A stretch of 64,000 nt of DNA from Histomonas meleagridis 2922-C6/04-290x (Eukaryota; Protista; Parabasalia): the NCBI GenBank assembly GCA_020184695.1, contig JAANOX010000146.1, positions 62,001-126,000 of the forward strand, written 5' to 3'. This document shows positions 30,201 to 41,288 of this stretch, in pieces. The translations under genes and the position numbers were made by a program. Positions within the stretch are counted from its first letter, which is position 1; each line of letters begins with the position of its first letter. The notes beneath the pieces were generated by a model. It saw nothing but the letters and a program-made list of their open reading frames with translations. It made no database searches and was not told where the DNA came from.

Positions 30201-31713
30201 TCATTTTATCTCTCACATTACTATAATTTTCTTTGATTTGAGAATATTTATCTTGATAAAGTTCTAATAATTCTTTTTGTTGAGTTAATATGTTGAATTG
30301 TTGATTAATCATTGCTTTCTTTTCTTTAATATCTTCGGTATATTTCGAAATTTCGAAGTTTGCCTTTGAAACAACATTTTCAAGTTCTTTTTTCTCTTCT
30401 TCAAGCTGTTTCACTTTATCTTGAAGTGATTTAACTACTGACCAAGCATTCTTTTGAGAAGTGGACAAAACATCAATTTTATTTGTAAACTGCTTTTCTA
30501 ATTCTTCTATAGCTTTATTATATTTAGTTTCGGGTGATTCTATACTTGACATTTGTGTTATTCTTTGTTTTAGACTAATATTTTCTTTATTTAATGTATC
30601 TGTAAATTGATTTGATACTTCAATTTGTTGCTTCAATGTATCAATTTCATTTTGCATATCCAAAATGTTGGAATTATCAATAGAACGTTTAGAACATTCT
30701 TGTTGAGCTTCATAAAGTTCTTTCTTTAAGGTTGCATTTTCAGTCATTAGCTTTTCCAATTGATTTGTTGCTAATTCAAGTGATTTTTGAAGTGATGCTG
30801 AATTATTATTATCATCAATAATATTTGGGATAATGTTTGCCTTTGATTCTTGATTTAATTCTTCTTTTAATTGTTGGATTATGATGTCTTTTTCCTTAAG
30901 CATTTGAATAAGATTATTATCTTGATTCGGAATTGAAATATTTGTATTCGAAGATGCAACATTAGGAAATGAATTAATAAGATCCCTAATGTTATTACAT
31001 TTCTTTTTAATTTCTGTAAATGTAATTCTGATTGATGTGTCATCAATGTCATCAGGTTGGATTGCATCAAACATCTGGAGAAGACGAATCACTTCCCCTT
31101 CAAATTTAAGTATTTGTTGTTCATTTTTTGGGCGAATATTTTCCTTTTCTTTTAACGATTCAAAAACTTTAGATATTTGATTTTTATATGTTGATAAAAT
31201 TCTTTTTTGCTTATCTATTTCTTCTTGAACTCCTTTCCTTAATTCAAATAAAAAATCTTTAATTAAGATGGAATTATATCTAAAACCAACTACATTTGTT
31301 AAATAAGATGAAAAAGTATGCATATCATTTAGTTTTGTATGTTGCTTGCATTTAGATATGAATTCCTTTAAATCACCATTTGAATCATAAATCTTATCTA
31401 AATTTTTTAATTGATCTAAATAAGAATTCATAATTTTTGGTTGAAGTATATTATTAGACTCTTGGATTTTAAGCAGATTGTACATTAAGTATGAAATAAA
31501 AATCTCTTTTTCAGAATCTAATTCATTGGAAATTATTGTTTTAAGATATTCTTCACCCTTTTGATTTGATGAAATAAAACTTTCTATTATTGAATTAAAT
31601 GTACAAGTTAAAGATTTTTTTCTTTCTGTAATGAGTAGTGTAGAGATTTCTTTTTCATTCATTTGGCGCCAATTTATTCCGGCTAAACCCCTCTCAAAAT
31701 GTGACGCTTGCAT
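27286..31713 (-). CDS. Large coiled-coil protein (~1475 aa)
   Basis: Long open frame rich in K/E/N/Q/L heptads. The track start is TTG; first ATG at 31713, alternative at 31662. Confidence 0.8.
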   Translation of the reverse strand: MQASHFERGLAGINWRQMNEKEISTLLITERKKSLTCTFNSIIESFISSNQKGEEYLKTIISNELDSEKEIFISYLMYNLLKIQESNNILQPKIMNSYLDQLKNLDKIYDSNGDLKEFISKCKQHTKLNDMHTFSSYLTNVVGFRYNSILIKDFLFELRKGVQEEIDKQKRILSTYKNQISKVFESLKEKENIRPKNEQQILKFEGEVIRLLQMFDAIQPDDIDDTSIRITFTEIKKKCNNIRDLINSFPNVASSNTNISIPNQDNNLIQMLKEKDIIIQQLKEELNQESKANIIPNIIDDNNNSASLQKSLELATNQLEKLMTENATLKKELYEAQQECSKRSIDNSNILDMQNEIDTLKQQIEVSNQFTDTLNKENISLKQRITQMSSIESPETKYNKAIEELEKQFTNKIDVLSTSQKNAWSVVKSLQDKVKQLEEEKKELENVVSKANFEISKYTEDIKEKKAMINQQFNILTQQKELLELYQDKYSQIKENYSNVRDKMKKEKEESLQKEYEIDDLKLHLESQIASLSNSLENVELLEDEIKQKDSQIKQLNLDLNKSKQKIIELTNIAQERNHLQDDLENKQINSKYNTFQNEISQIFHLTSDSNILTELRKRQQKMNFMTYEINELKNKYPKYFDNNSSITEAFKNMLKQLNLEKAKNMNSNKRIKEIENEQNNFLDKFKKYFIFNSIKEFSNVLSDYIIEGNKKDKELTKIKQKYFNFISRLQSIITIYTNIEKVDVNNIVTIINDLLMNKDKYYKENELLKRKIYKILDITPNDDLLGSVQNIKKESQILNKQFHKIKQKSKDENCYIQKMQTEFGNENVLDQIDKLKKQNENYVSMFNIIKKEFSNENEYQFNDEDSYIDNIKKVNYKKDQKISGYEKCLNDIYNLFGLKIPYENKEKTIIQFLSDYKHNLSNEMNSEIKFNDLQDIPNLIADFIKFNRNLRILLENEENVSSLSNYKLGPDCLSIIKSISKLQNTNKQYQEKLSKYENINSIFEEKLNISFDFDNKSDAEEKVDEFNQSIERLNQAKNKNKKLNKQIEQLYTEVDKLNKKNSKLFNENSIILENNNNLSTKNEELKSINTSIATINESLNRERLKMIEENKNINRAIQELQNKNKQLNGQNKNLSKELNEIKSIIFSLGNFSTNSNISSTLKESILQMQNKIKTLDSELKNKIFILQQLEQQFRSFFKFNNLQELPTNLKNHLLSQSSLIRKLNQLLNIDDNKGITLYDNIKSLKNDKESKQKIIDKLIKILKVENEDSLIQYIKKLLKLEKNESTLISKLLSTVKVTSNTKLTETNIKKCLDFISNARNIMDEYDTFMANAKFQGFEGGTLNQANDFLSNCNFEKKKDQIMRHYANVFKKIQKGQEEKISVLESRAVELNNKIKEQRQEKLSIMHKSEDSQLHYQDEILKLQEKVDEMKSKINLCNRVRSELIRLSSGQVYDKEFLVSTLSKEDRNLLKLSVN

Positions 31714-32596
31714 ACATTCATTGTAATCTATGTGAGGACAAGCAATAAAAAGAAATATAGGCAAGTTTTAATTCATTTCATATTTAATATTATCCAAATT
31801 TATTTTTTTTTTTTATACTTTAAGATTAATGTATATTTCTTATTCATATATAGAAATAATTGGAGATTTAACATCTTTTGACGGTGTACTGTAAGTTGTT
31901 AAATCTGTTTTCTATTTTTTTAAGCCAATGAAACAAAACTATATCAAATAAATTTTTATTGACAAGACCAAATTGAGGATTATTTCGTGTACTTTGATAT
32001 AAAATTTTGACTCCTGATATTTTTCTTGACAGATGGAGATATAAATCCGAGAGTCTCGTGTCTTTGGGAAATTTCCCACAAATATCTGAACGGTTAAACA
32101 GACAATTTCACATGTTATTGAATTCAAAAGCACTTAATTTTAATCGTACTCATGTCAAAAGTCATTTTACAACAACACCCTTGAAAAGGGACTTGTCAAG
32201 TACTGGAATTATTAAAATAAAATTATCTCCGAATATAATTAAAATAATAGCTTGCACTGAATACATTTTAATATGTACAATAGATGTTAATGCATTATTT
32301 TCAACATAATATTATTGTAATTTTGACAATCGAAGGGATATTATTGTTTGAAGATTTTTGTAATTGAAAAGATAATTCTTTAAGGTTCATTTGTATTGTT
32401 TACAAACGCCATTGTTTTGAGAATTTTGTAACGTTTCAGAATTTTTTAGTAAATTCATACTCCTTAGATGTTTACTTTATTATATCTCTTAAGCAATATA
32501 AAGTATCCCATGTTTTGTCAACTGATGTATCAAATAATCTGTTTGAAAATTCCATTTTTTATTATCATTTTATTCTATATTCATAAACATAATATT

Positions 32597-34407
32597 ATGC
32601 GCTTGGAGTGCTACCGTCGCATCTATTTCTTTACATATATTTTCATTCTATTTTTGTCACACACAAATGAAATTTTCGATGATGCAACAGGTACTTTGAC
32701 TATAAATAATGATGATGATTTAAAAGGAATATACAATTACCAAGAAAGCACCAAATACATCATAATTAATGGTGGAGCAAATGGAATCACTGAAATTACA
32801 ACTTATGCTTTCAATACATGGCCTTTGTTATATTCAGTTGAAATTGGTGATTCTGTTAAAACTGTGGGTACATATGCTTTTCAATATAGTCCAATAGAAA
32901 TTTCTAGTTTAAATTTACTGAAGGACTAGAATCAATTGAACAAGCTGCATTTATGTATTGTAATTTAAAAAACGTTGTTATCCCAAATTCAGTAAAGAAA
33001 ATAGCGATGAATGGTTTTAGTAATTGTTATAGTTTAGAATCTATAATACTTGGAGAAAATCTCGAAGAAATTGGTGTGACTGCATTTTCTTCGTGTTCTT
33101 CATTGCCTAATATTACAATACCAAAATCAGTTACTTCAATTGGATCTGGGTGTTTTAATCAATGCTCAAATCTTCAATTTATCAAAGTTGTAAGTGAAAA
33201 TCCTTCATATTCAAATTATAATGAAAATGATGGTGTTCTTTATAATAAATCATTAACAACTATTGTTTGTTATCCAGCTGCAATTACAAGTAAAAGCATT
33301 GAAATCAATGTAAACGAAATTGGACGAAATTCGTTTTATATGTGTAACTCACTTGAAGAAATTGAGATCTCAGGTTCAGACATTATATTTAATAGTTATG
33401 CAATTTATTCATGTTCTAATTTGAATTCGCTTATTGTTAAAGGTAATATAATCGACATGGGATCATATGTATTTAATCAATGCGGAAATCTAAAATGTTT
33501 TTATTATTATGGAGATTCAAATCCACAAGTGACAACAACCTCTTTTACAGGCTGTTCAATAGATAAAGTTATGGTATTAGACACATATGATATTGATTTT
33601 GGCTCTTTGGAAGTAGTACATGCAACAGCATTAGAGGGGTGCAATCCATGGCTCTTATCTACACAAACATTTTCAATGTCGAATACATTTTCTAAATCAA
33701 ATACATATTCACAGTCAAATACATATACACAATCAAATACATATACACAGTCAAATACATATACAAAATCAAATACATATACACAGTCAAATACATATAC
33801 AAAATCAAATCCACTTGATCAACCTATCACAGAATCTCAATTAAATACATTTTCTGATTCGAGTTCATTCATCCATGTGTTTACACAATCAGACACATTC
33901 ACAGGATCATTACAAGAAGGTGCAATTTTGTCACATTCTTATGTCCAAACTCTTTCATGTTCAGTTACTATAACATATTTCGTAATGATTAAGTCAACAT
34001 ATACTATCACAATGTCAATGTCCAATTTTGAACACACATACATCAATACAATAATATATTATGAATATGAAATTTTTGCTTATTCTTCTTATTATCAATT
34101 TTACTCAGATTTTTATACAATATTATATCATAATGAAAACATTGATAATAATAATAATAATGATATAATTATTGGTGTCTGTGTTGCAATTGTTGTGGTT
34201 TTAATTGTTTTATTTGTTGTTATTTTTCTTATTCGTAAATATAAAATCAAACAAAATAGTTTGGAATATGAAAATGAAAGAGAAATTGATCAGCCAAATG
34301 ATGAAGAAACAAATAATAACTTCTCTGCTGGAATAAAATTGCCTCATGTTGATGAGGATCCATTTGCAGTCGATTTCAAAGAAGACAATCAAATTGTTAA
34401 TATATAA
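32597..34407 (+). CDS. BspA-like LRR type-I membrane protein with a single frameshift at about 32918
   Basis: Signal-like N-terminus, TpLRR repeats, SNTYTQ repeats, TM segment (IIIGVCVAIVVVLIVLFVVIFLI) and tail EDPFAVDF. Adding one base at TTA-CT-GAA joins the two ORFs (LNL-P-EGLESIEQAAFMYC). May be a homopolymer consensus error or a true pseudogene. Confidence 0.8.
33679..33810 (+). repeat. 18-bp coding tandem repeat (TCAAATACATATACAMAR; SNTYTQ/K), 7 units plus a partial unit
   Basis: Directly visible units at 33679, 33697, 33715, 33733, 33751, 33769 and 33787. Confidence 0.9.
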
Positions 34408-34849
34408 TCAATAAATAATATTTGTATGTATATAACTTATAAATGAAAATTTTAAATGTTTAAATGTTTCTGGTAATAATTTCGATGGAAAAGAAATTGT
34501 GAATTTGATATTCATGTAACATAATAATTTTATTTGCTTCACTAATCTCAAGCATAACTATAATGGAAAAGATATCAATCTATATAAACTAACAATCACT
34601 CACATCGAAACTTCAAACATTTTTATATAGATAAATAATATTTAAAGTTCTTATATATTTAAAAATAAGAAAATATATATATATATATAATAAAAACTTG
34701 AATCATATAGGTAAATATCATTATTATATTACTATTCAATTTGTTTCTTTGCACTAACAAATCCTGGAAATCACATTCATAAAGTTAATAATATTTTGTA
34801 ATTAAACCAAATTAAAGACATGTGAAAAACATTTATTAATAAAAATAAT

Positions 34850-37800
34850 TCAATCTTGCTTGTTATCAGCTGATTCGATCATCATTTTCAACTTGAGATT
34901 TTCTTCTTTAAGTTCTTTGTTTACAATTTTTGATTCAGAAAGATGAACTTTAACAAGTTCAAGAGCATTTCTAAGGTTTTCTATAGCATTATTTAAGTGA
35001 ACTCTTTCTTTTAAGAATCCTTCATTAGCTTTTTTAAGTGACTCATTATCTTTTAATAATATTTTAATTTTTTCATCCGCATTTTTATTAACATTTATCA
35101 TCTTTTCATACAATTTTTGTAAATCAGAATTTTCTTTGATAATTAAATCTCGTTCATTATTAGAATCATCCAATTTTTTTTGAAGTTTTTCCATTTCAAA
35201 ATTTATGTTTTGATATGTTTTAAATTCATTATAGAGTTTTTCATATTTCTTTCGTTCTTCTTCTAGAGCAGAATTTAGTTTTATGTTTTTACGTGCTAAT
35301 TTTTTAATATTTTTATTATTATTTGAATCCATTTGATTAACAATGTTTTCTTTATTCGAAGTAATTTCTTCTTTTTGTTGAATAAGTTTATCAATTTCTC
35401 TTTTATATTTTTCTATTTCATTTTCAAGATTTATTTTATATTTTTGTTCATTTATTTCAATATTAAGTTTTGCTTTATTAAGTTCTTCCTTCATTAAATT
35501 ATTTTCATTTAAATGGTTTTGTATTAATATAAGTTTCTCATTATTTGATTTTTCGAGTTTATTAATTTCATTTTTATACGAATCTATTTTTTGATTGGAT
35601 AAAAGTAGTTGATTTCGAAGGTCTTTATTTTCTTGAATCAATTTAGAATTTTGTTTCTTTATTGAAGAACTTTCATTTACCTTTTGTTTTATTTTTATAA
35701 TTTTTTCTTTAAAGTTTTGGAATTGATTTTCAAGTTCATTATCTTTTTGCTTTGATAATGCTACGTTCTTTTTCAAAGATTCGATTTCATTTAAGAAACT
35801 TTGGATTTGAGTCATATTATTATATTCACTATTTTCATTATATTCGATTTCTTCTTTAATTCTTTCTTCTGACTCTTGTAAAGTTGAAACATATGTTTGG
35901 TTTTCTACTTCTAATCTTTTACATTTGGTTTCTAAGAGATTATTTAATTCTTTAAGTCGTGTATATTGATTTGATAGATCATTTATTTGTTTATTTTTTG
36001 CATTTAATTCTTGTTTTGCTTGATGATATTTCTGTTTCGTTCGAATTAATTTTGCAGAATTTATATTATTTTCTTTATTTTGCTTTAAATTAAAATTTCC
36101 TTGGATTTCATCAGAAAGATTTTCGATTTCATCGTCAAATTGTTCTGTTTCAAAATTAGAATCACTCGAAGAATTACTTAGATGATTTAATGAAGGATTT
36201 TCATTATTTAGTGGAAATTGATTTAACAATTGTTTATTTGAATCAATCAAATCAATTAAATTATTATTTAATTTTTGATTTTCATTAATTACTTTATTTA
36301 ATCTGTTTTCTTTTTCATCTCTTGAATCTTGCAAATTTTTTTTTTCATTCTTTAATAATAAAATTTCTGATTGCAATTCATTAATTTTGGATTTATTTTG
36401 TTGATTTTCTTCTTGTAAATCCTTTTTTTGTTCCTCCAATTTATTATTTTTTTCCTTTTCATTTCGAAGAGATTCACGTAGTTCTTGAATAGTTTTAACA
36501 TCAAAATTTTTTTCATTTTGAAGATTTTCATTAATTCTTTTCATTGATATTATGACAGAATTTAGTTCATTAATTTTGTTATTACTATTATCATTTATGG
36601 ATGTATCTATTGAATGCCTAAATGATTCATATTCTATGTTATCTAATTTATTGATTTGCTTTTTTAGTTTTGCAACTTTCTTTTTTAATTTTTGATTTTT
36701 TGTATTCAATTCTTCGTTGGATTTCATTATATTATTTATTTGTTGAACTTTTGCATCTTTTTCATTTTGAGAAATTTCTTTAATTTTTTGTATTTTTTGT
36801 TGAAGATTTTCTATTGTTGAAAGTGCGCTTAATTTTTGGTTAATTTGATTCTCTAAATCTTTGCTCTTAACATCAAAATCAGCCTTTAATTGTTTATAAC
36901 TTGATCTTATTTGTTCGAGTTCATTTTCTTGTTCTTGAATTTTTTGTTGAAGTTCATTCATTCTTTGGTTATATTTTAATTGCGTTTTGTCTGTTTTGGT
37001 TTCATAAGAAAGAGTAACTCTTTGTAATTCTTCATTTTTACGTTGATTTTCTACTCTTAGTTCTGTTAAAAGACTTTCATTTCGAATATATTTTTTCTTC
37101 AAATCTTCAAATTTTACTTCATTTGATTTTGATATTTTTTCAAGTTCGTCAAACTTACTTAGAAGATTCGAATTCTCCTCTTTTAATTCTTTAATTATTT
37201 GGTTTGCGTTTGTTTCTTTTTCTTTTGCTTCTGAAAGTTGTTGCATTAAGTTTGCATTATTCTTTATTTCTGAAAATATTTGATCATTTGATTGTGATAA
37301 ATCTTTATTTTTGTCCTTGTATTTCTTAATCGTATTGTTTAAGCTTTTCACTTTATTTTTTAGTTCAATATTTTCTTTTTGTAACTCTGTTAATGAATCC
37401 TGATGAAGTATTTTATGCTTATTAAAATCTTCATTTACTTGATTGAGTTGTAGCTTTAGTTTACTTATATCATTTTTTAATAATGCGGATTCTTTTTCTT
37501 TCTCACTTTTTACTTTTTCGTATTCTTTTGTCAAATATTCTATTTGAGAATTTGCTTGCTTCAGTGACGATTCCAATTCATTCCTAATAACACCTATTCT
37601 TGCCAGTTCAATGGTTGCTGCATTTAATTGATCTTGTGTGATATTTCCTAAATTTTCGTTATTTGCAATTAAATCATGTTGTCTTTTTAGTTGATCTTGT
37701 AGTTGATTATTTCTTTTTAAGAGTTTTTCTATTTCATTTTTATATTTTTGCTTGAGTTGTTTTTTCTTATTTCTAATCTTTTCTTTCATTGACTGAAATA

Positions 37801-37900
37801 ATTGATTAATTTCTCCTAAAATTTCTGGTTGCTGTGTTGAAAGCCTTAGTAATTCTGGAATTTCGTTTTGAATTGAAAGATCTGTTAATGATTTTTCCAT
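34850..37900 (-). CDS. Large coiled-coil protein (1016 aa)
   Basis: ATG-initiated open frame with K/E/N/Q heptad composition and no catalytic motifs. Confidence 0.85.
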   Translation of the reverse strand: MEKSLTDLSIQNEIPELLRLSTQQPEILGEINQLFQSMKEKIRNKKKQLKQKYKNEIEKLLKRNNQLQDQLKRQHDLIANNENLGNITQDQLNAATIELARIGVIRNELESSLKQANSQIEYLTKEYEKVKSEKEKESALLKNDISKLKLQLNQVNEDFNKHKILHQDSLTELQKENIELKNKVKSLNNTIKKYKDKNKDLSQSNDQIFSEIKNNANLMQQLSEAKEKETNANQIIKELKEENSNLLSKFDELEKISKSNEVKFEDLKKKYIRNESLLTELRVENQRKNEELQRVTLSYETKTDKTQLKYNQRMNELQQKIQEQENELEQIRSSYKQLKADFDVKSKDLENQINQKLSALSTIENLQQKIQKIKEISQNEKDAKVQQINNIMKSNEELNTKNQKLKKKVAKLKKQINKLDNIEYESFRHSIDTSINDNSNNKINELNSVIISMKRINENLQNEKNFDVKTIQELRESLRNEKEKNNKLEEQKKDLQEENQQNKSKINELQSEILLLKNEKKNLQDSRDEKENRLNKVINENQKLNNNLIDLIDSNKQLLNQFPLNNENPSLNHLSNSSSDSNFETEQFDDEIENLSDEIQGNFNLKQNKENNINSAKLIRTKQKYHQAKQELNAKNKQINDLSNQYTRLKELNNLLETKCKRLEVENQTYVSTLQESEERIKEEIEYNENSEYNNMTQIQSFLNEIESLKKNVALSKQKDNELENQFQNFKEKIIKIKQKVNESSSIKKQNSKLIQENKDLRNQLLLSNQKIDSYKNEINKLEKSNNEKLILIQNHLNENNLMKEELNKAKLNIEINEQKYKINLENEIEKYKREIDKLIQQKEEITSNKENIVNQMDSNNNKNIKKLARKNIKLNSALEEERKKYEKLYNEFKTYQNINFEMEKLQKKLDDSNNERDLIIKENSDLQKLYEKMINVNKNADEKIKILLKDNESLKKANEGFLKERVHLNNAIENLRNALELVKVHLSESKIVNKELKEENLKLKMMIESADNKQD

Positions 37901-37990
37901 CTTTACTAAACTCCAGAAAAAAATTTAACGTTTTTTGGCGGCATTTCACTTTTTGGCGGTTATAAAAAAATTCAAATTAGCTTTTATTAG

Positions 37991-38581
37991 TTACTGTTGA
38001 ACTTGATAACCTTGTGGATACATGTATTGCTGCTGTACGTTATATTGTTGTCCTGTCTGATATTGTCCATATGCTTGATTTACTTGACTTTGTTGAGGTT
38101 GTTGTTGGGAATAATTTCCTTGCATTTGATATCCGTTTGCCATTTGTTGCTGATATAACTGTTGCATAGCTATTTGGTAATTGAGACTTGAAGGATCAAT
38201 TTGAGAATATCCCAAAACTCCAGGATAATTATTTTGGGTGCTTTTTGTAAGAAGCTCATTAAGAGCTCGCTTCCTGCGTGCTTTTGCATATGTGTAGTTT
38301 GGATGTTTAGCTTTGAACTCTTCCTGAAGCATTTGCGCTTTTTGTTTATAAGCTAACTTAGAGCTGCTTGGAACTTCTTTCCACATCTTCCCAAGGAGGC
38401 TAGAGATCTCAATATTTGAAAGAGTTGGGTTTTCTGCTTGAACAGAAGATCTCATTTCTTGAGAATAAAGAATGAAAGCATTTGGTGGACGACGAGCAAC
38501 ATCGCCGCTCGGCTTGTCGCTTTGGTTTACTTCTGCTACGAATTGTTGTTGATTCCATTGGTTGGCGCCTAATTCTCCCAT
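37991..38581 (-). CDS. SOX/MATA-type HMG-box transcription factor with Q/Y-rich C-terminus
   Basis: RRPPNAFILYSQEMRSSVQAENPTLSNIEISSLLGKMWKE..KAKHPNYTY. Confidence 0.92.
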   Translation of the reverse strand: MGELGANQWNQQQFVAEVNQSDKPSGDVARRPPNAFILYSQEMRSSVQAENPTLSNIEISSLLGKMWKEVPSSSKLAYKQKAQMLQEEFKAKHPNYTYAKARRKRALNELLTKSTQNNYPGVLGYSQIDPSSLNYQIAMQQLYQQQMANGYQMQGNYSQQQPQQSQVNQAYGQYQTGQQYNVQQQYMYPQGYQVQQ

Positions 38582-39189
38582 TTAAGTTTTTTGAAAAGAT
38601 ATTCAAATTTTGATAACTTTGGTCAATTTTTGTAAAAAATAACAAAATAAAAATATCTTTCATTTTCATATAAAACATAGGAGTACAATATGTGTTTATT
38701 CATAAAAGTTATTATTATCTATGATTTGAAAAATTAAAGATGAAAAATTAAGAAATGATGAATTTGCCTTGAAAAATTGGAGAAAAAAATTTACACCAAA
38801 TTTTGATATTTTCTGGATTTATAAAACCTACTATATGTCAATTCTATTCATATCATTTTTAGCTCAATTTTATTAAAATCAACGAAGATATTAGTGCAAA
38901 AATTTTCTGCTAATTCAAAATTCAATACGATAGAAACGATTTGTTTTTTAATTGGAAATTGAAGGAATTATCCAACACACAAAGAATAATTCTAAGTGTA
39001 TTGAAACAAGTGGTTGTGCGTTCGGAAATAGAAAACAAACTTCAGCATGCTTCAATGCATTTTTTTGGATTTAACAGTAAATCCCTGCTGGATGGAAACA
39101 ATTGTTTTCAAAGCTTTCATCAGACAAGAAAAATCGGTTTACCGCCATTAGGAAAATTTTGGTACTGTAGTTTTGCTCCCAAAAATAAT

Positions 39190-40210
39190 ATCATCAGCAA
39201 ATTTGTATTTATATATTAATATTAACGAATATAAAAATGTTTTCCAATATGAAACATATTTTATTTATTTACAAACAATACAAACAAAAGAAAAAGAGTA
39301 CACTGACTTAGGGCTGATTGAAATGTTTGCACAAAGTCTTTTGAAAGAAAAAACGCAAGAATCGAATTATCTTCTTGATAAAATGATTGAGAAAAAATTA
39401 GTTAAATCGAATATTTCGATTAATATTCAATCAAAATATTTTTCAATTATAAAACTGATTTACAAAATAAAACAAAAAATTATAATGATCCATTTTGTAA
39501 TGCTTTTTTTGAATGTTATGAAGATCTATTAAAGTGCTGGTGGAAATACAGAAATCATTCTTTTGTGTGAACAAAGTCAAGTGTCTTTTGGGGGCTCTTT
39601 AGAAATAGCAATTAAATTCCATCGAAATGATGTTTTTCATTATCTTTATGAAAATAATTCCGATACTAAATATAATCTTAGTAAATTAGGAGAAGTTTGC
39701 ATAAAATATGATAATTTTGAAATTCTTATTTTCTTGAATGGAGAAGGAATGAAAATCAATAGAAATATGATTAATGAATCCGCAAGAGAAATTGGTAATT
39801 TCTTTCTTTTTAATTATTACCTTGAGAATAATCCAATTCCAAATAATATTTTATCACTTCTCTGTCAGGAAATTTAGATATTATTAATATAATTCTTGGA
39901 CATAAAGGGAGTAATAATAGATTCATTCGTTTATTAAATTCAATGTTTATTTCTATTTTACAATGTTTCAAAATAATATTTGGATATGATGATGCATTTT
40001 TATTAGCTTGTGAGAAAGGTTGTGTTGACATTTTTCAAATAATCCTTAAACAAAATGATTGTATTAATATTAATGCTAAAAATAATATTTACTTTAATAA
40101 AACTTGATGTTTAAAATTAGTATTTGGAATTTATTCAAATCATTTAACACACCACTTATTTTGGCATCTCAAAACGGTCATGTCGAAATAGTTAAATTAC
40201 TTAATAAGGC
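39190..40210 (+). pseudogene. DUF3447/ankyrin paralogue (locus C) with an internal deletion and frameshifts
   Basis: ESNYLLDKMIEKK, AGGNTEIILLCEQ..IKFHRNDVFHYLYE, then ankyrin cores DDAFLLACEKG and FNTPLILASQNGHVEIVKLL separated by spacers. The NNWELH..SVKCF core is missing. Confidence 0.8.
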
Positions 40211-40558
40211 CATACAAATATAGCAAACTTACTTCTCGAGCAAAAAGGAATTGATAAGTTAAATATAAATCATTTAAAATGCACAATAAATAAAATTATA
40301 TGTATACGCTTAATATGAAAAATTAAAATCAAATATATTCGTTGTTTGTTCAATTGATACAAAAATATTTTCTTTACTTATATTAAATTTTAGTTGTTCA
40401 AGTGTAGAAAGTATTTCAAAGGAGTCATTAAACTGATTTTAATATTTAGTATTATTTACATTAAATTTGATGAATGAAAAAAAATCGATTTTACAGATCT
40501 GATTTTACAAATAGTGGAATTGGCCACTTTCGGTTGCTTTCAATATTGAAAAGTGACG

Positions 40559-41110
40559 ATGCCCACCATTTAAAACGACCGAAATATCCCATCATAAACT
40601 ACTTTTTCTTGGAGATGTTTTAACTGGAGTAACTTCTTTGATCTATAGGTGCGTCTATGGGGAGCCCCCTAAAGATTATATTCCAACAACGTTTCCAGAT
40701 ATGGCTTACATAATAAATGCCAATGGTATAAGTTTAAATTTGAACCATGGGATTGTGGACCTTCCCCTTTCCGGGCACTTTCCTATCCTGGAACAGATGT
40801 TGTTATGCTTTGTTTTTCAATTGTTGATAAATTTTCTTTTGAAAATATTAAAACAAAATGGTATCCTGAAATCAAAGAGAATTTGAAGAAACCCGAAATC
40901 CTTCTTATTGGGACAAAATCAGACTTAAAAAAATTCACACCACCAGCTCAATGCATTCGCAAAGATGAAGCAATTAAAATTGCACAGGAAATTAATGCGT
41001 TTGATTATATTGAATGTTCATCCTTATTAGGTACTGGCGTGGAATGGGACATGGAAGTGGCATTTAGAAAGGCCTTCCAAAACATGCTCAAAAAGATTAG
41101 AAAAAAATAA
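40559..41110 (+). pseudogene. Divergent Rho/Rac-family GTPase with frameshifts
   Basis: KLLFLGDVLTGVTSLI..DYIPTTF, a frameshift at about 40747, then WDCG..FRALSYPGTDVVMLCFSI..ENIKTKWYPEI..LIGTKSDL..YIECSS. No CaaX box. Confidence 0.8.
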
Positions 41111-41288
41111 TCATTATTTGTTAACATATGTTAAAAAATTTTATTTAATCTTTATTATTGATTACAAGTATTGTTAAAACTTCTGATGTGTCAAAATTGG
41201 TGTTGGGTTATTAATTTTTTGTTGTTTCTCTTCTAAATGTTTTCATTTTATAATAATAATTATATTGTATAAATTTGAATAAACGAAG

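Noticed and set aside
27286-37900. Calling the two coiled-coil proteins SMC, myosin or kinesin
   Set aside because: No Walker A/B, hinge or motor motifs are visible.
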